Source: a virus (Duplodnaviria > Heunggongvirae > Uroviricota > Caudoviricetes). Taken from it: 64,000 nucleotides of DNA. The notes below the pieces were generated by a model. The model searched no databases, was not told where the DNA came from, and was given only the letters and a program-made list of their open reading frames with translations. How positions within the stretch are numbered: position 1 is the stretch's first letter; each line of letters opens with the position of its first letter. Below are positions 36,500 to 44,363 of the stretch, piece after piece. The translations under genes were made by a program, and so were the position numbers. The stretch spans positions 19,927-83,926 of IMG/VR virus record IMGVR_UViG_2802428982_000005; one strand, given 5' to 3'.

Positions 36500-37300
36500 T
36501 ATTGGGCGGGTGATGTGAACGTGTGTGTGCTGACCGGGATTTCGCTTTTACACCCGCACTGGGTGCGGGCGACAGGGCTTGAACCTGCATTACCAATTGA
36601 GTGATAACCGACCGAGCGTCCTGTTCACATCGGGTTGTCTGTCGTGCGAGCGCGTAGGTGGTGTGGGCGTGTGGGGTGCTGACCGGCGTATGTGGACAAT
36701 TGCCTCTACCAATTGGGCTACACCCCGCGAGCGAGGTGGTGGGGCTCGAACCCACACCTGACTGTTTTGGTAACCGACCTGCGTCCTGTCCACACCGCCT
36801 GCGCGCGTGCGTCTGCTGGTGTTTGAGGTGGTGTGAGCGTGTGGGTGTCGTCCGGGTTTTAGCGCTCTAGGCCACTGAGCTACAACCACTTTCGTGGTTG
36901 ACGGGATTCGAACCCGCGTCTCTCTCGGGAAAGGAGATAACCGAACGAAGTCCTGTTCACACCTTGTTATGTATGGAGTTGTGTTGGGTGATGGGGCGAA
37001 CGTGTGTGTGCTGACCGGGGTTTAGCGCTCTGCCAACTGAGCTACAGCCGGGGGCTGGCTGGCGGGACTCGAACCCGCGACCTCTCCATTAGCAAGTGGT
37101 AACCGACCTGCGTCCTGCTCGCACCATCTGGTGTCTATGTAGTTGTGGTCTGGGGAACGACGTGAACGTGGTTGGCGCTGGGCGGGTTTGGCTCCATTTC
37201 CCCGCTTGGCTCGGGGCGTTCTAACTTGAACTACGGGGGCGTACCCCGAGATAACCGACCTGCATCCTGTTCACGTCGTCCGCTGTTTTGTTGTCTCAAA
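36500..37300 (-). ncRNA. tandem array of about five ~165-nt tRNA-like / Y-RNA-like repeat units
   Basis: On the minus strand: D-arms GCUCAGUUGGCAGAGC, GCUCAGUGGCCUAGAGC, GCCCAAUUGGUAGAGGC; T-arms GCGGGUUCGAGUCCCGC, GCGGGUUCGAAUCCCGU, GUGGGUUCGAGCCCCAC, CAGGUUCAAGCCCUG; acceptor-like stem capped by a loop (CAACCAC-GAAAG-GUGGUUG); conserved 25-nt motif GUGAACAGGACGCAGGUCGGUUAUC (plus 36603, 36771, 36936, 37098, 37250); CA-rich spacers; exact 22-nt repeat gaacgtgtgtgtgctgaccggg at 36517 and 36998. Confidence 0.6.
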
Positions 37301-37304
37301 ACGA

Positions 37305-37322
37305 AGCTATACCGCGGTATAG
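37305..37322 (-). terminator. perfect 18-bp palindrome gctataccgcggtatagc followed on the minus strand by UUCGUUUUGAG; terminator or protein-binding site
   Basis: Between the secreted-protein gene (stop 37378) and the Y-RNA-like array. Confidence 0.45.
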
Positions 37323-37377
37323 CGGTGCGGCAACAGGATTGGGGCTTGGCTGTATAGCCGCTCGGTAGCCGCGACCA

Positions 37378-37716
37378 TCACCGTCCGGTACCAGCCCCTC
37401 CACTCGCCGAGGACCCACCGCTACCGGCAGACCCGCTACCAGCGCTGTTACCTCCAGTTTCGCCCGCGCCAGGACTTGCCGGAGCTGTAGGTGGATGGTG
37501 CTGGCCCTCGGGGCATTCCGGGTCCTCCGGGGGCTTGTATCCGCCGCCGCCTGCTGGCGTGAAGGGTGCCGGTCGGGCACCCAGGCAGGTCTTGGCGTCT
37601 GTCGCGGCGTACAGGCAACGGTCGGGGAACGCGGAAGCGGTGGCAGTTGGGAGTGCCGTTAGGGCGGCTATGGCGGCGCCCATGACGGAAATACGTTTTA
37701 CATAAAGGCTTTTCAT
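37378..37716 (-). CDS. small secreted Gly/Ser/Pro-rich protein with Sec signal peptide (~112 aa)
   Basis: MKSLYVKRISVMGAAIAALTALPTATASA|F signal peptide (AxA site); low-GC 5' region; start ATG 37716 (ORF-track 37752). Confidence 0.5.
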   Translation of the reverse strand: MKSLYVKRISVMGAAIAALTALPTATASAFPDRCLYAATDAKTCLGARPAPFTPAGGGGYKPPEDPECPEGQHHPPTAPASPGAGETGGNSAGSGSAGSGGSSASGGAGTGR

Positions 37717-37800
37717 GACTCGTAACGTATACAGAGCTATACACATAAGCAAGGCCGCTACGGCTTGTTCTTACGTATAGTGAACTATACATTCTGAGCC

Positions 37801-38052
37801 ATGGCAAGAGTGACACTCACAGCGAAAGCGCGGATGCGCGCCAACAAGCGCCGCGTCATGGCAGCACTCCGCAACGCCGGTATGCCGCTCCTCGTCGACA
37901 ACCGCGACGGCATCTGGCGCCTCTACTTCATAGGCACCGACGACACCGGTGTAGAGCTGGAGCTGATCCTGGTCCCACACGCCACCCAGGACTGGACCTG
38001 GGTATGTATCCACGCCATGCCCACCAAGTACCGGAAAGGAGGGGCACAATGA
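37801..38052 (+). CDS. small protein, possible BrnT/RelE-superfamily-like toxin (83 aa); first gene of the only plus-strand cassette inside the prophage
   Basis: C-terminal IGTDDTGVELELILVPHATQDWTWVCIHAMPTKYRK resembles the BrnT/DUF497 C-terminus; opposite orientation to all flanking genes. Confidence 0.35.
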   Translation: MARVTLTAKARMRANKRRVMAALRNAGMPLLVDNRDGIWRLYFIGTDDTGVELELILVPHATQDWTWVCIHAMPTKYRKGGAQ

Positions 38053-38252
38053 CCCTCATGAGCAGTCACAGCGAAGCCGACCTCAAGCGCCTCACCTTCG
38101 GCGATGACCTGGTCGTCGACGACATCGACCTCGACAAGGAAGAGTTCCTTGTCGGCGACGGAGTCCGGCTGACCAACGAAGCGGCCGAGAAGCTCGCAGC
38201 CGAAACCCTAGCCGAGGTCGAACGGCGAAACATCCAGGCAGAGAAAGGCTAG
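38049..38252 (+). CDS. small acidic protein, possible antitoxin-like partner (67 aa)
   Basis: ATG 38049 overlaps the upstream stop (ATGA); acidic; RLTNEAAEKLAAETLAEVERR helix. Confidence 0.35.
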   Translation: MTLMSSHSEADLKRLTFGDDLVVDDIDLDKEEFLVGDGVRLTNEAAEKLAAETLAEVERRNIQAEKG

Positions 38253-38256
38253 CCAG

Positions 38257-38418
38257 ATGGACGCGGTATACGTAGTAGATACAGGCAGCGAAGAGATCTA
38301 CGTTATCGCTGACCACGAATGCGCCGCGGCCGAGAAAGTGGCGGCGATGGTCGGTCACGAGGTCAACTACGCCGAGCACTATTCGGACGATCTAGACGAC
38401 ATGCCCGGGACGGACTAA
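38257..38418 (+). CDS. small acidic hypothetical protein (53 aa)
   Basis: ATG 38257 with GAAAGG SD 10 nt upstream; hand-translated MDAVYVVDTGSEEIYVIADHECAAAEKVAAMVGHEVNYAEHYSDDLDDMPGTD; below the ORF-track size cutoff. Confidence 0.4.
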   Translation: MDAVYVVDTGSEEIYVIADHECAAAEKVAAMVGHEVNYAEHYSDDLDDMPGTD

Positions 38419-38852
38419 CCAGGGATGCTTCGGACTGCCATCACTCGGCTGTACCAGCGTGCCTCTTCCTCGGGTGTGGTCGGCGCTGGCGGGTCGTTGT
38501 TCCGCATGTAGCGTTCCCACGCGGAACGGCGGCGGGTCTCGGCGTGGTGTTTCTCAGCGGCCTTGCGGGCGGCGCGTAGGTCGTTGCCGCAGTAGAGGTC
38601 CCGGGATGACGGAATAGCGTGCCAGTCGCGCGAGCCGGGCACGTATTCAGTGATCCAGCAGCGTTTAACGACCTCGGCGGTGGTGTTGGTTGACGGGTCC
38701 CAGAGGCGGTACTCCGTTGTCCGCGGCAACAGGGTGTACGTCCCGCCGATGTCGTCGCGGTGGTGGGCGACCCACAACCAGCGGCCCTTGTGCCAACGAT
38801 CCTCGATGCGTTTCCATGCCAGGGTCACGTCAACGAAGGCGATGCCGGTCAT
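38415..38852 (-). CDS. hypothetical protein (145 aa)
   Basis: ORF; its stop overlaps the stop of the convergent plus-strand cassette. Confidence 0.45.
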   Translation of the reverse strand: MTGIAFVDVTLAWKRIEDRWHKGRWLWVAHHRDDIGGTYTLLPRTTEYRLWDPSTNTTAEVVKRCWITEYVPGSRDWHAIPSSRDLYCGNDLRAARKAAEKHHAETRRRSAWERYMRNNDPPAPTTPEEEARWYSRVMAVRSIPG

Positions 38853-39193
38853 GATGTTCCGCCATTCTGGGGTGTGGCGATTGCCGCTGCGGTCATGCTC
38901 TTGACCTCTGCCATGTACCGCTCAAACCGCAGGCGCTGGGCTTTCTCGTAGGGGCGTTCTACACGTTGGGTTGGCCAGTCGGGCTCCATGATGCGGCGTT
39001 GGGCCTCGTCCTCGGCGGCGTCCATCACGCCGGTGATCCACCTGCCGTCGTTGATCAGTGGCCGGGCGTCGGCGGGCAGCGTCTCCACTGTCTCGCGGCC
39101 GTTCGTGGAGGGTACGCATTTGTAGAAGCCACCCCAGTGGTCGAGCTGCCAGAAGATCTGGCCGGACGGGGTTGCCCATAGTTCCCAGATCAT
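38849..39193 (-). CDS. hypothetical protein (114 aa)
   Basis: ATG 39193..39191 overlaps the upstream stop (ATGA); MIWELWATPSGQIFWQLDHWGGFYK. Confidence 0.45.
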   Translation of the reverse strand: MIWELWATPSGQIFWQLDHWGGFYKCVPSTNGRETVETLPADARPLINDGRWITGVMDAAEDEAQRRIMEPDWPTQRVERPYEKAQRLRFERYMAEVKSMTAAAIATPQNGGTS

Positions 39194-39615
39194 GCGCTGG
39201 TGCCTCCCTGTCGGCGGACGCGTTGGCGGGTGAGGTAGGCCAGGACGTCGGCGACGTTGTATTCCGGTTTGCCTTCCTGCCCGGTACGCTCGGTTATGCC
39301 GTCGCCCAGTCCCTTTCGTCGCCGGTACGCCCAGTTGCGGACCTGATGCTCGGTGAGTTGGACGATGTGGGCGAGGTGGATGACGAGGTCGGCGGCCGAC
39401 AACCACGCCTCCTGGTCGATGGGGGCGACGGATGGCACCGACCAGTAGACGCCGAGGTCTTGCCAGTACCTGTCGCGTTCGATGAGGGCCTGCATGGGGT
39501 CGGTGATGCGTCCGGCGGCGACATCTTCAAGGAGCTGGCGATAGGACAGGGCGACACGTTTCGCCTTGTCCTCGCGGCTGTCGCCGGTCCACTTCCAAAC
39601 CTTCTGATCAGTCAT
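39190..39615 (-). CDS. hypothetical protein (141 aa)
   Basis: ORF. Confidence 0.45.
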   Translation of the reverse strand: MTDQKVWKWTGDSREDKAKRVALSYRQLLEDVAAGRITDPMQALIERDRYWQDLGVYWSVPSVAPIDQEAWLSAADLVIHLAHIVQLTEHQVRNWAYRRRKGLGDGITERTGQEGKPEYNVADVLAYLTRQRVRRQGGTSA

Positions 39616-39699
39616 AGTCGTGCCCTATCGCTGGGCTGCGGCACACGTTGGTATGTCCCGTCTCTGGGGTCCATGGAAGCAGGTGCGGGGTACGCGGTT

Positions 39700-40053
39700 T
39701 CATGCGTCGCGGCTCCGTCCGCCGAAGGTCAACAGGATGCCAGCCATGGCGAGCCAGTCGTGCGCGGTGTTGCCGCCGTTGATGCGGTTGAGCATTTCGT
39801 CAGCCAGCACCAGGCACATGCGGCGGCGGGCTGGGTACGTGATCCAGCGTTCGGGCGGGAACTGCGGAACCTCGGTGACGGTGTCGGGGCATACCAGCGC
39901 GGTGTCGACGGTGTACTTGGTTGGCGCGGACAGCATGTCCAGCCAGTCGGAGAAGTCCGGCATAGCGGGGATGCTGGCGGCGACTGCCTCGGCGTACCGG
40001 CGGTAGACCCGTGTCTCCATAACGTGCAGGTCCTCCACCGCGGCGCCGGTCAC
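39700..40053 (-). CDS. hypothetical protein (117 aa, GTG start)
   Basis: GTG 40053..40051 overlaps the upstream stop TGA. Confidence 0.4.
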   Translation of the reverse strand: MTGAAVEDLHVMETRVYRRYAEAVAASIPAMPDFSDWLDMLSAPTKYTVDTALVCPDTVTEVPQFPPERWITYPARRRMCLVLADEMLNRINGGNTAHDWLAMAGILLTFGGRSRDA

Positions 40054-40406
40054 GTGGTCTGCCCCGCGCTGACGACCTTGTGCCGGGTGATGCTGCGGTA
40101 GTCCCACGACCCCGGCTCCAGCCCTGAATACCACGCCTGAGCGGTGCTCTCGTCGCCGAACACCACTTGCAGCCGGGAGCCGCCCTGGAGGGCGGTGCCG
40201 TCGCCCTGGTACCCCAGCCAGACCTCCTGCGTGGTGCCCTGGTTGGCGGCGAACCGGAGGAAGGCGGTGTAGCAGGCGGCGCACCACCAGTACTTCTCAC
40301 CTCTGGCGCCTGCGTGGGCGCCGCGCTCATAGTCCCGGGAGCTGGTGGACTCGGACCCGCACCGGTCGCATTTGTAGATGGTGCTGACGACCGTATGCAC
40401 GCCCAT
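40050..40406 (-). CDS. small zinc-ribbon protein (117 aa)
   Basis: ATG 40406..40404 (MGVHTVVSTIYKCDRCGS...CAAC); the ORF-track N-terminal 122 aa are run-in. Confidence 0.45.
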   Translation of the reverse strand: MGVHTVVSTIYKCDRCGSESTSSRDYERGAHAGARGEKYWWCAACYTAFLRFAANQGTTQEVWLGYQGDGTALQGGSRLQVVFGDESTAQAWYSGLEPGSWDYRSITRHKVVSAGQTT

Positions 40407-41455
40407 TAGTTGCCGCCCGACGGGGTGGTCTGCCGCTGCTCGGGTGTCTGGTGCGGTACCAGCCCGTCGTTGAGGATCGTGGTCACCTTGTCGACGACCA
40501 GTCGTCCGGCGCCCGCCTCGTCCAGCAGTGGCTCGTCGGCGACACGCTGGACCATGTCGTTGATGCCGTCGAGGCGCCAGTATGCCTCGGCTAGTAGGTG
40601 TTTGAGTTGGTCGAGTAGTTGCATGTTTTTCTCCCGTTCTTCGAGTTCGCGCATGAGGTCGATGACGCCGCGCTGGAGCCAGGGGTATTCCCGTTCGCCA
40701 TATGTTCGGCCGCAGGTGGTGCAGTCGTATTGGCTGGTGCCGTCCCAGCGGCCGACGGTGTAGGCGCCGCACTGCTGGCCGTCCCGTTTGACTGCGGGGC
40801 AGGGCATGGCGGAGTGGTGGCGTAGTCGGGGTAGGCCGAGGGCCTGGTAGACGTTGCGGGACAGCTCGATGAGTTGGAGGGCGATGTCGACGCCGTCGCG
40901 GTCTACGAGGTGGCGGGGTTGTCCGTGCTGGGGATGCCAGCCCTCGTCGCCGTCGGGTACGCGGCCCCAGACGAGCATGGGTTGGGCGGGCTGGGCCAGG
41001 AGTACGTCCAGGTTTTCGCTGACGACGGCGACGGAGCGGGCGACTACCTGACGTTGGTGGACGGTGAAGCCCTGGCGGCCGTGGCGCTGCCTGCCGGTCA
41101 GGTTCATCGCGTGTTCAACCATTTCCGCTGCGCGGTCGGCGGTCTCGACGATGTCGCGTTGGAGGGCGTCGCGTTGGGTGTTGAGGTTGATGGCTGCGGT
41201 GGAGGTCATGGTGACGCGTGCTCGGTCGACATACACGCGTTCCCCGATGCCTTCGTGGAGCCGGTCCCAGTCCCGGGGTAGGCCGTTGACGGCGTACCGC
41301 AGGCGGGTTAGGCAGCCGCCGCAGATCGCACCGTCCGCAATGAGTTGGCCGGAGGGTGCGTCATCTTCGTCGACGATGGTTGACCAGTCGTGGTTTACGC
41401 ATCGGTGTCCGAACGCGCAGCGGTGCGGATCACGTTGCGTCACAGGGTTACTCAT
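40406..41455 (-). CDS. large hypothetical protein with several Cys clusters (~349 aa)
   Basis: ATG 41455 (MSNPVTQRDPHRCAFGHRCVNHD...); CGGC, CPAVKRDGQQCGAY..CTTCGRTYGERE; function unknown. Confidence 0.45.
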   Translation of the reverse strand: MSNPVTQRDPHRCAFGHRCVNHDWSTIVDEDDAPSGQLIADGAICGGCLTRLRYAVNGLPRDWDRLHEGIGERVYVDRARVTMTSTAAINLNTQRDALQRDIVETADRAAEMVEHAMNLTGRQRHGRQGFTVHQRQVVARSVAVVSENLDVLLAQPAQPMLVWGRVPDGDEGWHPQHGQPRHLVDRDGVDIALQLIELSRNVYQALGLPRLRHHSAMPCPAVKRDGQQCGAYTVGRWDGTSQYDCTTCGRTYGEREYPWLQRGVIDLMRELEEREKNMQLLDQLKHLLAEAYWRLDGINDMVQRVADEPLLDEAGAGRLVVDKVTTILNDGLVPHQTPEQRQTTPSGGN

Positions 41456-41457
41456 GC

Positions 41458-41910
41458 TCACTCCGCCTCGCCCTGTTCCCATGAGTTGCGGCATGTGATG
41501 CAGGTGCGGAGGACGTACCTGCGGTGCGGGAACTCGGCGGTTAGCGGGCTGTCCCACCACGTCTCGTACTCGGGTATCTCGACCTGGTGTGCTGCCTGGG
41601 TGTCGCATTGGGGGCAGGTGTCGAAGGCGTGGAATTGCAGGTCGATTCGGTATGGGTGGGTCTTGCGTGCGAACCAGTGGCGGTCGTTGTCGCGGGCTTT
41701 CGGCGGCCATACCGCGATCTCCACTATGGTGCCGGTGACGTTGAACGGCAGGTCCAGGATGTCGCCGGGGTGCAGGGTGTCGGTCAGCCTGGCGCGAACG
41801 AAATCGTCGTGTGCGAGGTTCAGGCGGAAGGGTATTGGCCACTTCTTACCGTTGCGGTGCAAAGCAACTGGGGTTGTCGGATCGTCCAGGCGAACGGTCT
41901 GATAGGTCAC
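41458..41910 (-). CDS. hypothetical Cys-containing protein (150 aa, GTG start)
   Basis: GTG 41910..41908 overlaps the upstream stop; CPQCD...CITCRN. Confidence 0.4.
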   Translation of the reverse strand: MTYQTVRLDDPTTPVALHRNGKKWPIPFRLNLAHDDFVRARLTDTLHPGDILDLPFNVTGTIVEIAVWPPKARDNDRHWFARKTHPYRIDLQFHAFDTCPQCDTQAAHQVEIPEYETWWDSPLTAEFPHRRYVLRTCITCRNSWEQGEAE

Positions 41911-42518
41911 TGCTGCCTCCAAGTCTGTCCACACTCCGTGCACTCCCGGGTGACAGAGCCGGGGTCCTGTGTGCATGGCTGGATGTAGTGGGTGTTGATG
42001 AATCCGCAACGGGGGCAGGCGCATTGTGCGGCGAACTCAGATATTCGGTAGGTGTCGGGTCGTGTCGGTTTGGCTATCTCGGGTGCGCCTAGGACCTTGT
42101 AGCCCTGGCCGAGCCAGAGGTATGCGACCTCGCTAGTGCGGTCCCACCACCACTTGCCGATGTGGTCGGTGGCTGCGTTGACCATGCTAGGTAACTCGTC
42201 GTAGGAGTCGACCTCGCCGAACATGTACAGCGGCTGGCCTGGACCGGAGCGGGCAAGTAGTGCACGCCGTAGCGGGTTCGGTTCGACTCCGACCCAGCGC
42301 TCACCACCGACGTTCACGTTGCCGACGATGGTGTGGGCGGCGATGCTACCGCGGCTGGCCTGCACCGTGATGGTCCCGCCAGCCTGGATAGCGACGGAAT
42401 TGTCGCCGGAGATCTGGATCTGGTTGCCGCGTCGGCGATGCCCGAGCGTCAACAGGTACGCGGTGAATCCGCCACTCGCCGCAAGAAATAGCGCCAGGGC
42501 CTCAAGAATCACGCTCAC
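41907..42518 (-). CDS. membrane protein with N-terminal TM helix and C-terminal Cys cluster (203 aa)
   Basis: VILEALALFLAASGGFTAYLLTL TM; CACPRCG...CTECGQ. Confidence 0.45.
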   Translation of the reverse strand: MSVILEALALFLAASGGFTAYLLTLGHRRRGNQIQISGDNSVAIQAGGTITVQASRGSIAAHTIVGNVNVGGERWVGVEPNPLRRALLARSGPGQPLYMFGEVDSYDELPSMVNAATDHIGKWWWDRTSEVAYLWLGQGYKVLGAPEIAKPTRPDTYRISEFAAQCACPRCGFINTHYIQPCTQDPGSVTRECTECGQTWRQQ

Positions 42519-42829
42519 GACTCCAACCCCCGCGGCCGGTTGTTGATGCGTGCTAGCTCCATGCCCTGTCGCTCCAGTTCCTCCCGCTCAGCCGCGCGTA
42601 GGTACGCACTCTGCAACTGGAGGATGACGTGCCGTATGGCGTCTTGCTGGGTGTCGACGCAAGCGATGGGGTGTTGCTCCCAGGGCCGCCATATGCACCA
42701 TTGCGGCGACGCGGTCAGGACGTCGTCGGGCAGCGCGGACCAGTCCCGGCGCCGCCAGGGTGTCTGTTCGCCGTTCTGCGCTTTGCGTATGCGCCAACGC
42801 TTTAGCTGTTCTGGGGTCCACTCACGGTG
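42515..42829 (-). CDS. hypothetical protein (104 aa)
   Basis: ATG 42829 (MHREWTPEQLKRWRIRKAQNGEQTPWRRRDW...); upstream part of the ORF-track entry is run-in. Confidence 0.4.
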   Translation of the reverse strand, partial: HREWTPEQLKRWRIRKAQNGEQTPWRRRDWSALPDDVLTASPQWCIWRPWEQHPIACVDTQQDAIRHVILQLQSAYLRAAEREELERQGMELARINNRPRGLES

Positions 42830-43214
42830 CATCGAAAACCTCCTCGTATTTGCGTACATCGCGGACGATGTGTGATGGCTTGACGACCGGTGCCTGGCAC
42901 GTAGAGCACATGGGGATGACGCCAGCACGGGAAGCGGCGACCGTGCGGTCGCGTACCTCCCACATGGCCGCCATCCACAGCGCCCGTGCGCAATTCGTGC
43001 ACAACAGGAACACCTCGTTGCCGAACTCGTCGGCCTCCTCGCCGTCGCAGTTGTCCAGGACATGCACCGAGACGACCGCGGTGACCGGCCGCCTGCACGT
43101 GCGTTGCGGGTGCTGGCAGGTGGGGCGACGGCCGACAAACTGGTCGTTGAGCCCGACCAGCTGGGTATCTACTAGGGCTGCGATCTGCTGTTCGGTGAGG
43201 CGGTCTCCGGTCAT
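42822..43214 (-). CDS. hypothetical Cys-containing protein (130 aa)
   Basis: ATG 43214..43212 (MTGDRLTEQQIAALVDTQ...). Confidence 0.4.
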   Translation of the reverse strand: MTGDRLTEQQIAALVDTQLVGLNDQFVGRRPTCQHPQRTCRRPVTAVVSVHVLDNCDGEEADEFGNEVFLLCTNCARALWMAAMWEVRDRTVAASRAGVIPMCSTCQAPVVKPSHIVRDVRKYEEVFDAP

Positions 43215-43420
43215 CACAGGCAGCCCCCGGCGTGCACGGTCCAGCACTTGCCGCAGACGTCCGTGATGGCCGCTGGCGGCGCGGCGTTGGGGCAGTCCGT
43301 GTGGATGAGGGCGTCGTCGACGTACCGGACCCAATCGCCGACGCTGACGGGCTCGTCGCAGTCCTCGCATTGATCTGGGTACTTGGCCTGAAATGCCCGT
43401 GACGTCTCCCTGGCGGTCAT
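43214..43420 (-). CDS. small zinc-ribbon protein, paralog of 46873..47070 (68 aa)
   Basis: AFQAKYPDQCEDCDEPV...HTDCP...CGKCWTVHAGGCL vs AFQAKYRGQCRNCGEQI...HDQCP...CLDCHTIHAGECF. Confidence 0.5.
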   Translation of the reverse strand: MTARETSRAFQAKYPDQCEDCDEPVSVGDWVRYVDDALIHTDCPNAAPPAAITDVCGKCWTVHAGGCL

Positions 43421-44361
43421 CCGGCTGCCCTCTGCGCGTCTGTGTGGAGTGGGACGAGCTGTAGGGGTTTACGGCACGTGCAGGGCAGGACGCCGGAACC
43501 GTCGTCGGCCTCGATCCAGCCACCGCCCTGGCAGCGGGTGCACGCCTCCCGCCGGGCCAGGGCGGCTGCCCGGTCTGACTTCTGACGTTCGGCTGCCTCC
43601 TGGGCGGCTGCCTCGGATGCCAGTCGGACTGTCATGCAGTCGCGGCAGTTTGGGGGGTGTGGGTCCTTGATGTGCTTGGGGCAGCGGGTGGGCGCCTCCC
43701 CAACGTAACCACTTACCCAAGGTGACCCCTTCCCCCTCCCCTTCCCCTTCCCCCTAGTGATCGCGATGCCATCGGAATGGCATTCCAATGGCACATCGGA
43801 TTCCGATGGGTCTTCAATGCCATTGGGGTCGGTTTCGGATGGCATCGAAATGCCGTCGAGGTCACTGTCTGGGGGTGTTGGGTCGTCGTCCGGCCTTGGG
43901 TCTGTCGGGGTGCCGTCTGGCCCGGGGCCAGGTGGGTCGATCTGGTTGGCGACCGTCACCGCATCGGCACGGCGGGTGCGCCGCAACTCGGCCGCCAGCA
44001 CCGCACGCAGGCTGGGTGATTCGACGGCCTGGGCGCATTTCAGAGCGTTAGCGAACAGGTATTTGTGCTTGAGCACGCCGTCGTTGCGTATGTACGAGCG
44101 GACCAGCAGTTCCTCGGTGTCCTCGTCGTAGGCCACATAGAGGTGCTCGGCGAGTTCGTTTGTAGCGCGGCGTACATCGGCGACGCTGGTCTGGTCGCAG
44201 CCCTTCGCCCACTTGCTTAGTTGCAGCGGCAGGACACCGGCATTGTTCACATTCGGTTGCGACAACAGGAGCATGTACATGCGCTGCGCCTCGACGGATC
44301 GCTGCTGAAAGTCTTTGTCCCGCCATATGATTGTCAGAATCCGGCCATGGTCGCGCGGCAC
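43417..44361 (-). CDS. putative DNA-binding / replication-initiation-like protein with C-terminal Zn-finger (~314 aa)
   Basis: Winged-helix-like LTIIWRDKDFQQRSVEAQRMYMLLLSQPNVNNAGVLPLQLSKWAKGC; Pro/Asp-rich linker; C-terminal CPKHIKDPHPPNCRDC ... CTRCQGGGW...CTC; start approximate. Confidence 0.35.
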   Translation of the reverse strand: MPRDHGRILTIIWRDKDFQQRSVEAQRMYMLLLSQPNVNNAGVLPLQLSKWAKGCDQTSVADVRRATNELAEHLYVAYDEDTEELLVRSYIRNDGVLKHKYLFANALKCAQAVESPSLRAVLAAELRRTRRADAVTVANQIDPPGPGPDGTPTDPRPDDDPTPPDSDLDGISMPSETDPNGIEDPSESDVPLECHSDGIAITRGKGKGRGKGSPWVSGYVGEAPTRCPKHIKDPHPPNCRDCMTVRLASEAAAQEAAERQKSDRAAALARREACTRCQGGGWIEADDGSGVLPCTCRKPLQLVPLHTDAQRAAG

Positions 44362-44363
44362 AG

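Noticed and set aside
36500-37300. CRISPR array interpretation of the ~165-nt periodic repeats
   Set aside because: The repeated motif is ~25 nt but the intervening ~140 nt would be far too long for spacers. The intervening segments are themselves related and structured as D- and T-arm-containing units. No cas genes are present.
36500-37300. Canonical tRNA genes in the Ro60-upstream region
   Set aside because: The D- and T-arm-like elements occur in permuted order (T-arm before D-arm) and no anticodon arm is present. These are tRNA-like modules, not decodable tRNAs.
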